Virus record (IMG/VR): IMGVR_UViG_3300025018_000106
Length of the DNA stretch: 64,000 nt
Source: an uncultured virus (IMG/VR IMGVR_UViG_3300025018_000106)
Lineage: Duplodnaviria; Heunggongvirae; Uroviricota; Caudoviricetes
Strand: one strand, 5' to 3'
Within the stretch, counting starts at the first letter, position 1, and each line of letters opens with the position of its first letter. Shown here piece after piece: positions 28,230 through 38,902 of this stretch. The notes below the pieces were generated by a model. That model was given only the letters and a program-made list of their open reading frames with translations, did no database searches and was not told where the DNA came from. The translations under genes were made by a program, and so were the position numbers.

Positions 28230-30740
28230 ATGTCATTCTATCTAAACGTTCGTCAATATGGCGACCGTATGCTTGTGCGTTCTTTCGAAGATGGGCGCCG
28301 CCAGCAATACGAAGTCAAGTATCGTCCTTACCTGTTTGTCCGTTCGCAGAACGGTTCAGGTGAGTATCGCACCATTCACGGCGATCCTGCGGAGAAGATC
28401 GAATTCGACAGCATCCGTGATGCGAAAGAATTTATCAAGAAGTATGGAGGAGTGTCCGGGTTCGAATTCTACGGCATGACCAACTTTGTCTATCCGTTCA
28501 TCAATGACCGCTTCCCAGGCGAAGTCCATTATGACCGAGACAAGATCAACGTGGTGTCGGTCGATATCGAAACCATGTCTGACGACGGTTTCCCCGATAT
28601 CATGACCGCGAACAAGGCACTGACCGCTATCGCAATTTCCGACGGCAAAGAGATTGTCTTTCTGTCCATCAAGGAATACAAGAAGCACCAAGACAACGTT
28701 CGCGTGATACGTTGCGCGGACGAGAAAGAGCTTATCGCGCGGTTCGTTGAAGTCTGGCGCGAAATGGACCCCGACATTGTGACGGGTTGGAACGTTGAAT
28801 TCTTCGACATGCCTTACCTTATCAACCGTATCAAGCGCGTCTCGGGCGAAGCCATGGCGAAACGTCTGTCACCTTGGAACCTCATTCGTGAAAACGTCCA
28901 GAAGCAACACGGCGAAGAGCAGCTGACCTACGATATCTTCGGTGTGGCCATCATGGACTACATGTTGGTTTACAAGAAATGGACCTTCACGACGCAAGAA
29001 TCTTACCGTCTTGACCACATCGCAAACGTGGAACTGGGCATGGGTAAAATTCACTATGAGGACGAATACGGGTCTCTGCACGGTCTGTATGAGCAGAATT
29101 TCCAACTCTACGCCGAATACAACATTCGAGACACCGAGATTATCAACCAGCTTGACGAAAAACTGAAGCTGATGGACCTTGCGCTCGCGCTGGCGTATGA
29201 CGCGAAACTCAACTACACTGACGCGTTCACTTCGGTTCGTATGTGGGACGTTATCAGTCACAACTATCTGATGGTCCACCGCAAGATCGTGGTGCCACAA
29301 TACAAGTATGATGGCAAGCCGTTCGAATTCCAAGGCGGTCACGTCAAAGAACCTTACACGGGCGAACATCACTGGGTCTGCTCATTCGACTTGAACAGTC
29401 TGTATCCGCACCTTATCATGCAATACAATATCTCGCCTGAATCTTTCGTCGGTCTGGACCCTCACATGGGTCAAGGCGTTGACGCAGCGCTTGATGGTTC
29501 GTATAACGAGATTCGGGACGACCTGATTGCGCAGAACGTCACGGTCACACCGAACGGTTGTGTCTGGTCGCGCGAAGAACAAGGGTTCCTGCCTGCACTC
29601 ATGGAAAAGATGTATCTTGACCGCAAGGCGTTCAAGGGCAAGATGCTTGACATGAAGCAGAAGTATGAGGACACCCACGACGAAACATACTCGAAAGAGG
29701 CGCTGCGTTTCGACATGATCCAGATGGCCAAGAAAATCCAATTGAACTGTGCGTATGGCGCTCTTGGCAATCCGTATTTCCGTTGGTTCAACTTCCGTTA
29801 CGCTGAGTCCGTCACTCTGGGCGGTCAGTTGTCGATTCGTTGGATCGAGCGCGAAATCAACAAATTCTTGAACAAGAAATTCAAGACCGATGGCTACGAC
29901 TATGTGATTGCGTCTGACACCGACTCTATCTACCTGCGTCTTGATAAGGCGGTCAAACTCGCATATGGCGACAAAGTGCCTGACGACGAAAAGGTGGTCA
30001 AGTATCTTGACAAGGTGTGTTCACAGTTGCTTGAGCCGTTCATCGAACAATCATACAACGAGCTCGGTGAATACGTTAACGCCTTCCAGCAAAAGATGGT
30101 CATGAAACGCGAAGCAATCGCGTCAAAGGGCATCTGGCGCGGCAAGAAAATGTATATCTTGAACGTGTATAACAACGAAGGCGTCCAATACGAAAAACCG
30201 AAGCTCAAGATCATGGGAATCGAAGCGGTTCGTTCGTCTACACCGTTCGTCTGCCGGGAGAAGATTAAGGAAGGTCTGAGCATCATCATGAACGGCACAG
30301 AGGACGAGTTGATTAAATTCGTCAAAGACTTCCGTGAGGAGTTTGCAACACTGCCGTTCGAACAGGTCGCGTTTCCCCGGTCGCTCAACGGTATGAATAA
30401 ATATCGTGACGCGGCGAATGGGTGGAGAAAGGGCACGCCAATTCACGTTCGCGGCGCATTCGTCTACAATGACATGATAAAGAAGCACAAACTTCAAAAC
30501 CGTCTGACACCTTTGCGCGATGGCGACAAGATTCGTTTCTCTTACCTAAAAATGCCGAATCTGACGCGCGAAAACGTGATTGCGTCCATGGACGAAATGC
30601 CGAAAGAGTTTGGTTTGGAAGATTACATCGACCGTGAAATGCAATTTGAAAAGTCTTTCGAAGGCGCCCTAAAGAGCATCACCGACGTTATCGGTTGGCA
30701 ACTCGAAAGAACAGCAAGTTTGGAGAGTTTCTTTGGCTAA
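28230..30740 (+). CDS. gp43: Family B DNA polymerase
   Basis: DIET exonuclease, FDLNSLYP, K...N..YG, DTDS. Confidence 0.98.
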   Translation: MSFYLNVRQYGDRMLVRSFEDGRRQQYEVKYRPYLFVRSQNGSGEYRTIHGDPAEKIEFDSIRDAKEFIKKYGGVSGFEFYGMTNFVYPFINDRFPGEVHYDRDKINVVSVDIETMSDDGFPDIMTANKALTAIAISDGKEIVFLSIKEYKKHQDNVRVIRCADEKELIARFVEVWREMDPDIVTGWNVEFFDMPYLINRIKRVSGEAMAKRLSPWNLIRENVQKQHGEEQLTYDIFGVAIMDYMLVYKKWTFTTQESYRLDHIANVELGMGKIHYEDEYGSLHGLYEQNFQLYAEYNIRDTEIINQLDEKLKLMDLALALAYDAKLNYTDAFTSVRMWDVISHNYLMVHRKIVVPQYKYDGKPFEFQGGHVKEPYTGEHHWVCSFDLNSLYPHLIMQYNISPESFVGLDPHMGQGVDAALDGSYNEIRDDLIAQNVTVTPNGCVWSREEQGFLPALMEKMYLDRKAFKGKMLDMKQKYEDTHDETYSKEALRFDMIQMAKKIQLNCAYGALGNPYFRWFNFRYAESVTLGGQLSIRWIEREINKFLNKKFKTDGYDYVIASDTDSIYLRLDKAVKLAYGDKVPDDEKVVKYLDKVCSQLLEPFIEQSYNELGEYVNAFQQKMVMKREAIASKGIWRGKKMYILNVYNNEGVQYEKPKLKIMGIEAVRSSTPFVCREKIKEGLSIIMNGTEDELIKFVKDFREEFATLPFEQVAFPRSLNGMNKYRDAANGWRKGTPIHVRGAFVYNDMIKKHKLQNRLTPLRDGDKIRFSYLKMPNLTRENVIASMDEMPKEFGLEDYIDREMQFEKSFEGALKSITDVIGWQLERTASLESFFG

Positions 30741-31095
30741 GTATGACCATGGCGGAGGCTGCGCCTGCGGCCTCTATAGAGAATGTCCGCCCGATTGCGA
30801 ACACTATCAAGGAGAGAAAAGATTGACCGACGAAATCTTTGACTTCGGTTTCACCGCGGTGACCGAGGAAGAATTGACAACGGCACTACCAGCAGTGCAT
30901 CAGGCAGAATATGACCGAGAACATGTCATCGAAATGGAAAGAAGGCTTGACAAACTACACTCGGCTATTTTACCATTGCTGGATAATCTGAGAAAAAACC
31001 CCGAAAGCGAATACATTCGGTGGCCGAATCGGGACGAAAAGATTGACGCTTTCGAGTCGTATATTGCAAAAATTGTAGACGGAGATATTGAATGA
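30733..31095 (+). CDS. Conserved hypothetical protein
   Basis: FDFGFTAV.EEEL, PLLDNL.KNPE..YI.WPNR; start uncertain. Confidence 0.75.
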   Translation: MAKYDHGGGCACGLYRECPPDCEHYQGEKRLTDEIFDFGFTAVTEEELTTALPAVHQAEYDREHVIEMERRLDKLHSAILPLLDNLRKNPESEYIRWPNRDEKIDAFESYIAKIVDGDIE

Positions 31096-32186
31096 GCTCA
31101 CTAATCGAAAGGTTGACGAAAAACTCAACCATCAAAGAAACGGCTCTACTGAAAGAGTCGAAGGTCTTTGGTAAGAAAGACATGATCCAGACCGCGGTTC
31201 CGATGTTGAACGTGGCATGTTCTGGTCGTGTTGACGGCGGCCTGTTGCCGGGTCTGTTGACCATCGCAGGTCCTTCCAAACACTTCAAGTCCGCATTCGC
31301 ACTCATTCTGGCGTCTGCATTCCAGAAGAAGCATCCTGACGGCGTAATCCTGTTCTATGACTCTGAATTTGGTTCGCCTGAGTCCTACTTTGAAAGCGCA
31401 GGCCTGGATACGGACCGCGTTCTGCACTCACCTCTGACGAATATCGAAGAGCTGAAACACGATATCATGCAACAACTTGAAGGTATCGAAAAAGGCGATA
31501 AGATTTTCATCCTTATCGACTCCATCGGTAACCTGGCATCCAAGAAAGAGGTTGACGATGCGCTAGACGGTAAGTCTGTTGCAGATATGACACGCGCAAA
31601 GCAACTAAAGTCGCTTTGGCGCATGGTGACACCGCACCTGAACCTGAAAGACATTCCTCTTGTGAACGTGAACCACACTTACAAAGAAATCGGCATGTTT
31701 CCGAAAGATATCGTCTCGGGCGGCACCGGCGGCGTATATTCGTCTGACGCTATCTGGATCGTCGGCCGTGCGCAAGAGAAAGACAAGGCATCCGACAAGG
31801 ATATCTCGGGTTACAAGTTTACCATCAACATCGAAAAATCGCGCCGCGTCAAAGAGAAGTCGAAGATTCCGATCACGGTCAACTTCGAAGGCGGCGTTCT
31901 GATTTGGTCTGGTCTACTCGAATTGGCTCTTGAAGGCGGTTACGCCCGCAAGCCAAAGGTCGGTTGGTATGAATTGGTTGATCCCGACACAGGCGAGGTT
32001 CTGACTGACAAACTCTACCGAGAGAAAGAACTTGAACGTGCCGGCAGCCTGTGGAAGATGATGCTGTCGGAGACTTCGCTTGCCTCCTTTATCTCCAAGA
32101 AGTATACTATCGCAAGCGGAGAATTGATTCAATCGAACGATGATGATTCGGTTGAAGTAGAAGAACAGGAGATTGACGAAGTATGA
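31092..32186 (+). CDS. uvsX: RecA-like recombinase
   Basis: AGPSKHFKS, FYDSEFG, DSIGNLAS, VSGGTG. Confidence 0.97.
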   Translation: MSSLIERLTKNSTIKETALLKESKVFGKKDMIQTAVPMLNVACSGRVDGGLLPGLLTIAGPSKHFKSAFALILASAFQKKHPDGVILFYDSEFGSPESYFESAGLDTDRVLHSPLTNIEELKHDIMQQLEGIEKGDKIFILIDSIGNLASKKEVDDALDGKSVADMTRAKQLKSLWRMVTPHLNLKDIPLVNVNHTYKEIGMFPKDIVSGGTGGVYSSDAIWIVGRAQEKDKASDKDISGYKFTINIEKSRRVKEKSKIPITVNFEGGVLIWSGLLELALEGGYARKPKVGWYELVDPDTGEVLTDKLYREKELERAGSLWKMMLSETSLASFISKKYTIASGELIQSNDDDSVEVEEQEIDEV

Positions 32187-33601
32187 TTGAGAATACAATC
32201 CTTTCTGGGTTGTTGTTCAATGAAGGTTATACTCGCAAGGTTCTGCCGTTTCTGAAACCCGAATACTTTGACGATATGTCCTATCGTCGGGTATTCGGGG
32301 AAATCAACGAATACGTTAGCAAATACAACGGGCTTCCTACCAAGGAAGCCCTCCGTATTTCTATTGATGAACGAACGGACCTGAACCAAGAGCAGCACAA
32401 AGAGATAACCAGCATTATCAACGCTCTTGAATATGACCAAAAGACCGACCAGGATTGGCTTGAAGAAAAGACGGAGAAATTCTGTCAAGACAAGGCAATC
32501 TATAACGCGGTCCGCAAGTCTATTCTTGTCCTTGACGGGAAAGAAAAGAACCTAGACAAGGGTTCTATTCCTCAGTTGCTTTCTGACGCTCTGGGTGTAT
32601 CATTCGACACACACATTGGCCACGACTTTTTAGACGATTACGACGAACGGTATTCTTTCTACCATACAAAGGAGAAGAAAATTCCGTTCGACCTGGAACT
32701 TTTCAACAAGATCACCAAAGGTGGTATCCCCCGCAAGTCTCTGTCTATCGCGCTCGCGGGCACGGGCGTAGGTAAGACGTTGTTCATGACACATTGCGCC
32801 GCTGCGAACATGATGGCGGGATACAACGTTCTATATATAACCATGGAGATGGCGGAAGAAAAGATCGCCGAGCGTATCGACGCAAATCTGCTTGACTTGA
32901 CTTTGGATGAACTCGAAACGATTCCGAAGGACGTTTATGTAAAGCGTATCAATCGGGTCAAGGGAAAAACGACCGGTAAGCTTATCATCAAAGAGTATCC
33001 AACGGCCAGCGCCGGCTCAGCACACTTCCGCCATCTTGTCAACGAACTGCGGTTGAAGAAAAACTTCCACCCTGATATCATCTACATCGATTACCTGAAC
33101 ATCTGTATGTCGTCGCGCCTGAGATTCGGCGCCAATGTCAACTCTTACACCTACATCAAGACTATCGCTGAAGAACTTCGCGGCCTTGCCGTGGAGCTTA
33201 ATGTGCCAATTGTCAGTGCGACCCAAACGACGCGTTCGGGTTACTCTAACTCCGATGTTGGTCTGGAGGACACCTCCGAATCGTTCGGTCTGCCTGCGAC
33301 CGCCGACTTCATGTTTGCGCTTATCTCTAGTGAAGAACTGGAAGCACTCGGACAGATCATGGTCAAGCAGCTCAAGAACCGATGGGGCGACACGAATTAC
33401 CTGAAACGGTTTGTGGTCGGCATCGAAAGACCTAAGATGCGTCTGTTTGACGCCGAGTTGTCAGCACAGGAAGATATCATGGACGACACGCCTGCTATGG
33501 ACCGCGGTGATGTTGGCAGCAGACTTGAAGCAGAACGGAAAGATACGTTTGTGACAGGTCGCAGAAAAGACAAGAAACCGAAATTTGATGGGTTCAAGTA
33601 A
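32183..33601 (+). CDS. gp41: Replicative DnaB-like helicase
   Basis: LAGTGVGKT, IDYLNIC, SESFGLPATAD, KQLKNR. Confidence 0.97.
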   Translation: MIENTILSGLLFNEGYTRKVLPFLKPEYFDDMSYRRVFGEINEYVSKYNGLPTKEALRISIDERTDLNQEQHKEITSIINALEYDQKTDQDWLEEKTEKFCQDKAIYNAVRKSILVLDGKEKNLDKGSIPQLLSDALGVSFDTHIGHDFLDDYDERYSFYHTKEKKIPFDLELFNKITKGGIPRKSLSIALAGTGVGKTLFMTHCAAANMMAGYNVLYITMEMAEEKIAERIDANLLDLTLDELETIPKDVYVKRINRVKGKTTGKLIIKEYPTASAGSAHFRHLVNELRLKKNFHPDIIYIDYLNICMSSRLRFGANVNSYTYIKTIAEELRGLAVELNVPIVSATQTTRSGYSNSDVGLEDTSESFGLPATADFMFALISSEELEALGQIMVKQLKNRWGDTNYLKRFVVGIERPKMRLFDAELSAQEDIMDDTPAMDRGDVGSRLEAERKDTFVTGRRKDKKPKFDGFK

Positions 33602-33796
33602 ATGTCATACCAAGTCAAGAAAGATAAGACGTATCAGGTGGTCGAGAAAGATACCGACCTGGTCGTATTCGAAGCAAACTCCGAGAGAACGGCGCGGTCT
33701 ATGTGCCGTTCACTCAACCTAGGCTCAGGATTTGCAGGGTTCACTCCGACGTTTTTCGCGTTACCACAAAAAGAAACGGCGCCATCCAAAGGATAG
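33602..33796 (+). CDS. Conserved small protein
   Basis: LNLGSGFAGFTPTFF; directly after gp41. Confidence 0.75.
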   Translation: MSYQVKKDKTYQVVEKDTDLVVFEANSERTARSMCRSLNLGSGFAGFTPTFFALPQKETAPSKG

Positions 33797-33806
33797 ACGC
33801 CGTTTC
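33768..33806 (-). terminator. Intrinsic terminator (T tract on minus strand)
   Basis: GAAACGGCG...CGCCGTTTC stem followed by TTTTT on minus strand. Confidence 0.75.
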
Positions 33807-33812
33807 AAGTTT

Positions 33813-33925
33813 GCGTGACTGGACCGAACCCCACGGGCATACTTGATGCTACTCCAGTTTTTCCTGTAGTGATAGATAACTTCACACTTGCCTCTTACGC
33901 TAAACGTATTAACACGCACCCACGC
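33813..33925 (-). ncRNA. Candidate late antisense structured ncRNA (about 113 nt)
   Basis: TATAAATA at 33929-33936 (minus), GCGTGG/TCACGC closing stem, terminator downstream, no credible ORF. Confidence 0.6.
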
Positions 33926-34022
33926 TCCTATTTATACCGAAAGAATCTTGCGCCGCGAAAAAAAGTGGTTGACAAGACGCTTTTTTGCGACTATATGTGA
34001 GTCGTAAGCGAGAGAAGCAAGT

Positions 34023-34418
34023 ATGTTCTACGAAATCGAAGGCAAGACCGCCGAAGAAATCGACGCGGTGATTGCGTTTGCTGTTGACTATCTCGATATC
34101 AGTGACGATGTTGAACTGACGGTCATTTTCGACTGGTCGATGATCGGCGGCGAGACTGCTGGGTATGCTGACGAGGTTGACGCTGACGAAGGTCTGTTCG
34201 AAATCTCGGTCAAGCCCGACTTGCCGAAACAAGACATGATTGCGACGATCTTGCATGAAATGGTTCACGTTGCACAGATGGCCCGGGGCGACCTGGTTCA
34301 AGGTATGCCTTCAACTTGGAAAGGAGAGAAATTCGATGGGCAGTATATGGAACTTCCTTGGGAGATCGAAGCCTACCGAGTCGAGTCAGATATGGTCGCA
34401 CAATTTCACAATCACTGA
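34023..34418 (+). CDS. Zinc metallopeptidase-like early protein
   Basis: HEMVH, LPWEIEAY; early promoter near 33969. Confidence 0.8.
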   Translation: MFYEIEGKTAEEIDAVIAFAVDYLDISDDVELTVIFDWSMIGGETAGYADEVDADEGLFEISVKPDLPKQDMIATILHEMVHVAQMARGDLVQGMPSTWKGEKFDGQYMELPWEIEAYRVESDMVAQFHNH

Positions 34419-34446
34419 CGGCACGCTTGACAAACCTTGCCTTGAT

Positions 34447-34707
34447 ATGATAGGTTCAGACCTCAACAAGACGGTGCCATGGTACATCATGGCACGATAC
34501 GCGATTCAGGTCGAGAACGATCCGGTGGTCTCCGACGGCATGTTCGAAAAGATTCGGCGCCGTCTCATAGAACACTGGGACGAAATCGAGCACGAATTGA
34601 AGCCGATGTTGGCATACGAGGACGTTCTGGAAAGAACGTTCACGGGTGAGTTTCCAAAGTCCGTTGCGATGGCAACACAACAAATGAGGAGAGACTGGAT
34701 TGCCTGA
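34447..34707 (+). CDS. Small protein resembling the NAD-dependent ligase N-terminal (Ia) helical domain
   Basis: PWYIMA.YA..VENDPVVSD.MFE; start uncertain. Confidence 0.5.
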   Translation: MIGSDLNKTVPWYIMARYAIQVENDPVVSDGMFEKIRRRLIEHWDEIEHELKPMLAYEDVLERTFTGEFPKSVAMATQQMRRDWIA

Positions 34708-34879
34708 GAAGAACCTGTATGAGCTGATCTGCGAAGCCATCGAAGAAGCGATGTATCTCGAAATGGGTATGCCTACGGAAAGCCGAGACCGCATCCTGCT
34801 GAACGCAATGCGCCTGTCTGGTGCTCCTTTCTCTTTTGTGGAGCAAATTTACGAAGAAAAAATGCGGGAAGCCGCTTGA
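34700..34879 (+). CDS. Hypothetical, 59 aa (TTG start)
   Basis: GAGGAG RBS, open frame MPEKNLYELIC... Confidence 0.55.
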   Translation: MPEKNLYELICEAIEEAMYLEMGMPTESRDRILLNAMRLSGAPFSFVEQIYEEKMREAA

Positions 34880-34935
34880 CAAATCAACTTGAAATCACTA
34901 TATGTGATTCGTAAGAAGAAGTGAGAGAAAAAGGA

Positions 34936-35148
34936 ATGGAAACCACTCGGAAAAGTATGCTGACCGGCATTGAACGGACGATGAACATCGATGTAACCTT
35001 CGAACAACTACACCAATGGGAAGTCGGAGGCAAACCTATCCAACAAGTCATGCCACACCTGACCGACGACGAACGTGAATTTCTCATGACCGGTATCACC
35101 GCCGAAGAATGGGAACAGATGTGCCCCGAAGAGGAGGAAGATGTTTAA
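34936..35148 (+). CDS. Hypothetical early protein
   Basis: IQQVMPHLTDDEREFLMTG; promoter at 34877. Confidence 0.75.
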   Translation: METTRKSMLTGIERTMNIDVTFEQLHQWEVGGKPIQQVMPHLTDDEREFLMTGITAEEWEQMCPEEEEDV

Positions 35149-35400
35149 CTGGTTCAAACCTCTGAACCCGCGCCGCGTTATCAAATTCGCAAGGTGCCGG
35201 ATGGTTATATCGCAGTCTACCGAGACAACGCAGACATGTTCTGGATGATCGACGGTAGTGGCGGTGATGGTGTTTCGCCCTCCAGTCTTGACAAGACTTG
35301 GTATGGAAAGTATGTTGTGGAGACAGAGAAAGAAGCCGGCCGCCGTGTCAACCTACATTCTTCGCTTCAAGGCGGCGAAATTGTGTGGGAAGGTGGTTGA
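35141..35400 (+). CDS. Hypothetical, apparent frameshift at A-run 35156-35158
   Basis: GAGGAGG RBS; MFNWFK joins the downstream frame if one A is added. Confidence 0.5.
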
Positions 35401-35424
35401 CATTCGCCACGAATCGCCTATATT
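35397..35424 (+). promoter_or_regulatory. Early promoter with GAATC
   Basis: TTGACA-ttcgccacGAATCgcc-TATATT-agagttgtaac. Confidence 0.8.
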
Positions 35425-35457
35425 AGAGTTGTAACAGCGAGACAGAAAGGCATCATC

Positions 35458-35884
35458 ATGTATACCGAAGAAACTCTCCGCGCTCTCGGCACTCCGTTCG
35501 AAATTCAGCCGGAGGTTCTCGCCACAACTCAGCGTTTCGACGTTGAAATCTACTCCGACCTCTACAAGGGACACCTATGGGTTCCGTCCTCGCCAGGGTC
35601 TCGGTTACATGACCGCCGAGCAGCTCGATGCCATGTGGGATCGGCTTGTCGAAGCACACGCCGAAGAAATGGCGGCAGAAGATCGGCGTGAAGCCAAAGC
35701 GATGGCCGACTGGGATCGTCTGGTCGAAGAAACGATACAACTCGGCGCCGGCGACTACGCGACCGCCGTTCGGTGGCTCATGTCGGGTGGTGACGAAACT
35801 GACCTGGAATACTTCCTGTGGCAGCACGGCGTCACCTCTTTCACCAACACTCGCTGGGTCCGTCAACTCGCAAACATGGAGTGA
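35458..35884 (+). CDS. Conserved early protein, apparent +1 frameshift at G-run 35568-35570
   Basis: Removing one G restores SDLYKDTYGFRPR and joins the two ORFs. Confidence 0.7.
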
Positions 35885-35886
35885 AC

Positions 35887-36096
35887 ATGCAACGACCAGG
35901 AAAAACTCACCGCGCGGCGATGCCGAGCGACATGCGCGACATGCAGCTTCGCAATTTCTTTCGCAGTTGTCGCCAGATTTTGGAGAACGAGGATTCTGAC
36001 GCTGCGTTCTACTTCGAACAGATCGAAGAACACATGAACGCCGGCAAACCCCTGCCGACGGACAACCGTGAAATCGCAAGACTACTGGGTATCTGA
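35887..36096 (+). CDS. Hypothetical protein
   Basis: GGAG RBS, tight packing. Confidence 0.65.
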   Translation: MQRPGKTHRAAMPSDMRDMQLRNFFRSCRQILENEDSDAAFYFEQIEEHMNAGKPLPTDNREIARLLGI

Positions 36097-36097
36097 T

Positions 36098-36391
36098 ATG
36101 CCACAAAAAGGTCAACTCAAAGACATGGACGCATGGGAACAAGAGATTCGGGACAACGCCGAATACTACACGACCATTGCGTTCCAGCCTCGCCGCGGAC
36201 AGATTCCTTTGACCAGTTTCGAACGTCTGGATATGGCAATCGCTTACGCACAGGCGACGATGCAAGAGGTGACTAACCGATACCGATGTGTGATGGTTTA
36301 CGCGATCAATGAAGATGGGCGCCATGCACTCTGCGGCACTGTCAACCAGTTTGACAAAGCGTGGAAGCCCGTTGTGCCGCAGACATACTAA
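36098..36391 (+). CDS. Hypothetical protein
   Basis: Tight packing; terminator at 36408-36433. Confidence 0.65.
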   Translation: MPQKGQLKDMDAWEQEIRDNAEYYTTIAFQPRRGQIPLTSFERLDMAIAYAQATMQEVTNRYRCVMVYAINEDGRHALCGTVNQFDKAWKPVVPQTY

Positions 36392-36484
36392 GTCTCCTTT
36401 CACAGACTGGGCGCCTTCGGGCGCCATTTTTTTGGTCTATAATTGGTCTATAAATAGCCATGTAGATTTTCCTAGGAGCATAAC

Positions 36485-37432
36485 ATGGCTGTTACATTTG
36501 CAGAATTTCTAAACAAATCTGAAAAACTGACCATTGACGATATCGAAGATCGTCTAAAGAAACTCGGTTACACCAACTTCAAGAGAGCATCATCAAGATC
36601 GACCGCGGTGTTGACAGACGACAACCGCGTAAAGGTGTTGGAACGTATCGAAAAAGAATTTTCCGACCTTGGCGCCAAATACGATCCTGACAAAGGTTCT
36701 TCCTCGGTCGGCGCGGTCGTGATCGGCATTTTCACCGTCGGCGCGAAACCAGCATCGAAACAAGGCAAGAAGTCTGCTGGCCTTGACAACGAAGATGCGA
36801 TGATTGACGGCATCAAGCAGTTTACCAAAGGCGGCCCTATGACCGTTCGTATCACTGACGGCCGCAAGAAATACGAATACAAGGACGTGGTCGACATTGA
36901 AGAAGTCGGACGAGACACGTCTAACCGTAAGAAAGCAGACGTTCGACTGTTGCTTGAGAACGGCAAGAAAATTCCTATCTCCATCAAGAAAGACAACGCC
37001 GAAATGTGGGAGTCCGCAGATAGTTACTGGTCTGCCGAAGCGAAGAAAATCGTTGACAAGATGGTGATGGACGGCCAGGTCAAGCTCAACAAAGTCGGTT
37101 CTATCTACAAGATGTTGCCGAACCTTGGTGTATATGCGACAGACGAAGAAAAGAAGAACGTGGTTTTCGGTTCGGACCTATTGAACAAGGGTTTCGTGGT
37201 CGTAAGAACATTCCGCGGCAGCGACTTCGTGCTTGACAAGACAGGCGACGTTCTAGAGGTTCATGTTACGAAGATCATCGATTCGATGAACGACCTCAAA
37301 GGCGAGAACGATATTTTCTTCCTGATTCGTAACGACATCTCCCGTAAGGGTTCAAAGATTTATCCGGGTCTGAGAACGTTGGCAGTTAGCGCAACGCGTA
37401 TCAACCGTAACGTCAAGAAGGTTCGCAGATAA
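36485..37432 (+). CDS. Late protein with PD-(D/E)xK-like nuclease motif
   Basis: Late promoter 36449-36456; NED, KADV, PISIKK pattern. Confidence 0.6.
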   Translation: MAVTFAEFLNKSEKLTIDDIEDRLKKLGYTNFKRASSRSTAVLTDDNRVKVLERIEKEFSDLGAKYDPDKGSSSVGAVVIGIFTVGAKPASKQGKKSAGLDNEDAMIDGIKQFTKGGPMTVRITDGRKKYEYKDVVDIEEVGRDTSNRKKADVRLLLENGKKIPISIKKDNAEMWESADSYWSAEAKKIVDKMVMDGQVKLNKVGSIYKMLPNLGVYATDEEKKNVVFGSDLLNKGFVVVRTFRGSDFVLDKTGDVLEVHVTKIIDSMNDLKGENDIFFLIRNDISRKGSKIYPGLRTLAVSATRINRNVKKVRR

Positions 37433-38661
37433 TGTTGAGATTCACACAATATCTAGAAGAAGCCAAAAACACACACATGACTCACCTGGAAGACCTGGTG
37501 ATCGATGGCAACGTTGAAGGCACAAGACAGGCGATCAACTACCTACGCGCTCTGAGAGACATGCTTGCAGGCGACTCGAAAGCGCCTGTCAACCTGACCG
37601 TGAAATGGGACGGCGCGCCCGCGATCTTCGCTGGCACAGACCCATCCGACGGCAAGTTTTTCGTCGCAAAGAAAGGCATCTTCAACAAGAATCCGAAGGT
37701 CTACAAGACGCCGGCCGACATTGATGCGGACATCGAAGGTGATTTGAACAAGAAATTGAAGCTGGCACTGAAACACCTGCCGGCCTTGGGTATTAAGGGA
37801 GTGATACAAGGTGACTTTCTCTATTCGAAAGATGATCTACGAAAAGAAACTATTGATGGAGAACCGCATATTACTTTTCATCCTAACACGATTGTTTACG
37901 CGGTACCGGCAAAAAGCGAACTTGCTTCACGCATACTTGCCTCCGAATTCGGAGTGGTCTGGCACACTACATACTCAGGAAGTGACTTTGAATCAATGTC
38001 AGCAAGTTTTGGAAAGACGATTGCAGGGCGTCTCAAAGAAACGAAAGCAGTCTGGTCGGTAGACGCGGTCTATAAGGACGTGTCGGGCACCGCGACCATG
38101 ACGAAGAAAGAGACCGAAGAAGTCACACGCGTTCTGTCTGACGCTGGCCGTATCTTCCAGAAACTCAAGCGTTCGACCTTCGAAGGCATCGCGAACAACG
38201 ATGAACTGAATATGCGAATCAACACGTTCATCAACTCTAAGGTTCGCGAAGGCACAGAAATCAAGAATGTCAAGCGTTTTGTGTCGGAACTGTTCGACTA
38301 CATCTATGAGTGGTATCAGAAGAAAATCGACGGCATGAAGTCTGAGAAAGGCAAGGCCGGATGGGAAGAAAAGCGCAAGAATGTCATTTCATACTTCTCG
38401 AATACACCAACCTCCGAAGTCGAAGCGCTGTTCACACTCTATGTCCTGATTCGTCAGGCCAAGATGATAATTACGAAGAAGCTCGACCAAGCGGGTCGTA
38501 TCGGCACCTTCCTCAAGACCAAGAACGGTTTCGAAGTAACAGGTCAGGAAGGATTCGTCGCGATTGACCACATGGGCAAGAACGCGGTGAAACTGGTCGA
38601 CCGTATGCAATTCTCACGCGCGAACTTCTCGCCCGAATACGTCAAAGGCTGGCAGCGTTGA
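37432..38661 (+). CDS. Conserved T4-like protein with ligase-type KxDG motif
   Basis: NTHMTHLED, TVKWDGAPA, IQGDFL, EGFV, VKLVDR resemble nucleotidyltransferase motifs. Confidence 0.7.
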   Translation: MLRFTQYLEEAKNTHMTHLEDLVIDGNVEGTRQAINYLRALRDMLAGDSKAPVNLTVKWDGAPAIFAGTDPSDGKFFVAKKGIFNKNPKVYKTPADIDADIEGDLNKKLKLALKHLPALGIKGVIQGDFLYSKDDLRKETIDGEPHITFHPNTIVYAVPAKSELASRILASEFGVVWHTTYSGSDFESMSASFGKTIAGRLKETKAVWSVDAVYKDVSGTATMTKKETEEVTRVLSDAGRIFQKLKRSTFEGIANNDELNMRINTFINSKVREGTEIKNVKRFVSELFDYIYEWYQKKIDGMKSEKGKAGWEEKRKNVISYFSNTPTSEVEALFTLYVLIRQAKMIITKKLDQAGRIGTFLKTKNGFEVTGQEGFVAIDHMGKNAVKLVDRMQFSRANFSPEYVKGWQR

Positions 38662-38758
38662 ACTAGGTGCATATCGCCTATGACTCGATAATGCTTGCGG
38701 AAACGCGCTCCTTGTGATAAATATTCTGCGATGCAGAAACTTACAAGGAGCGCACACT

Positions 38759-38902
38759 ATGTTTAGACGTATGTTCGAAGCGCTGATTGAAGCGCGCCAG
38801 AAATCCGTAAACCGCGAAATCGCACGTTATCTTCAGCGAGAATACCCCCACGAAACCCAGGACTGGATCATCCAAAACGTTCTGAGAGGTGACCATGCTT
38901 AA
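38759..38902 (+). CDS. Small hypothetical protein
   Basis: AGGAG RBS. Confidence 0.6.
   Translation: MFRRMFEALIEARQKSVNREIARYLQREYPHETQDWIIQNVLRGDHA

Noticed and set aside
29745..29760. gp43 motif B reads NCAYG instead of NSxYG, a possible adaptation to modified bases
   Set aside because: It is a one-base change, and similar isolated oddities occur elsewhere (gp23 QPMPGP, gp18 FVGGIY), suggesting sequence noise.
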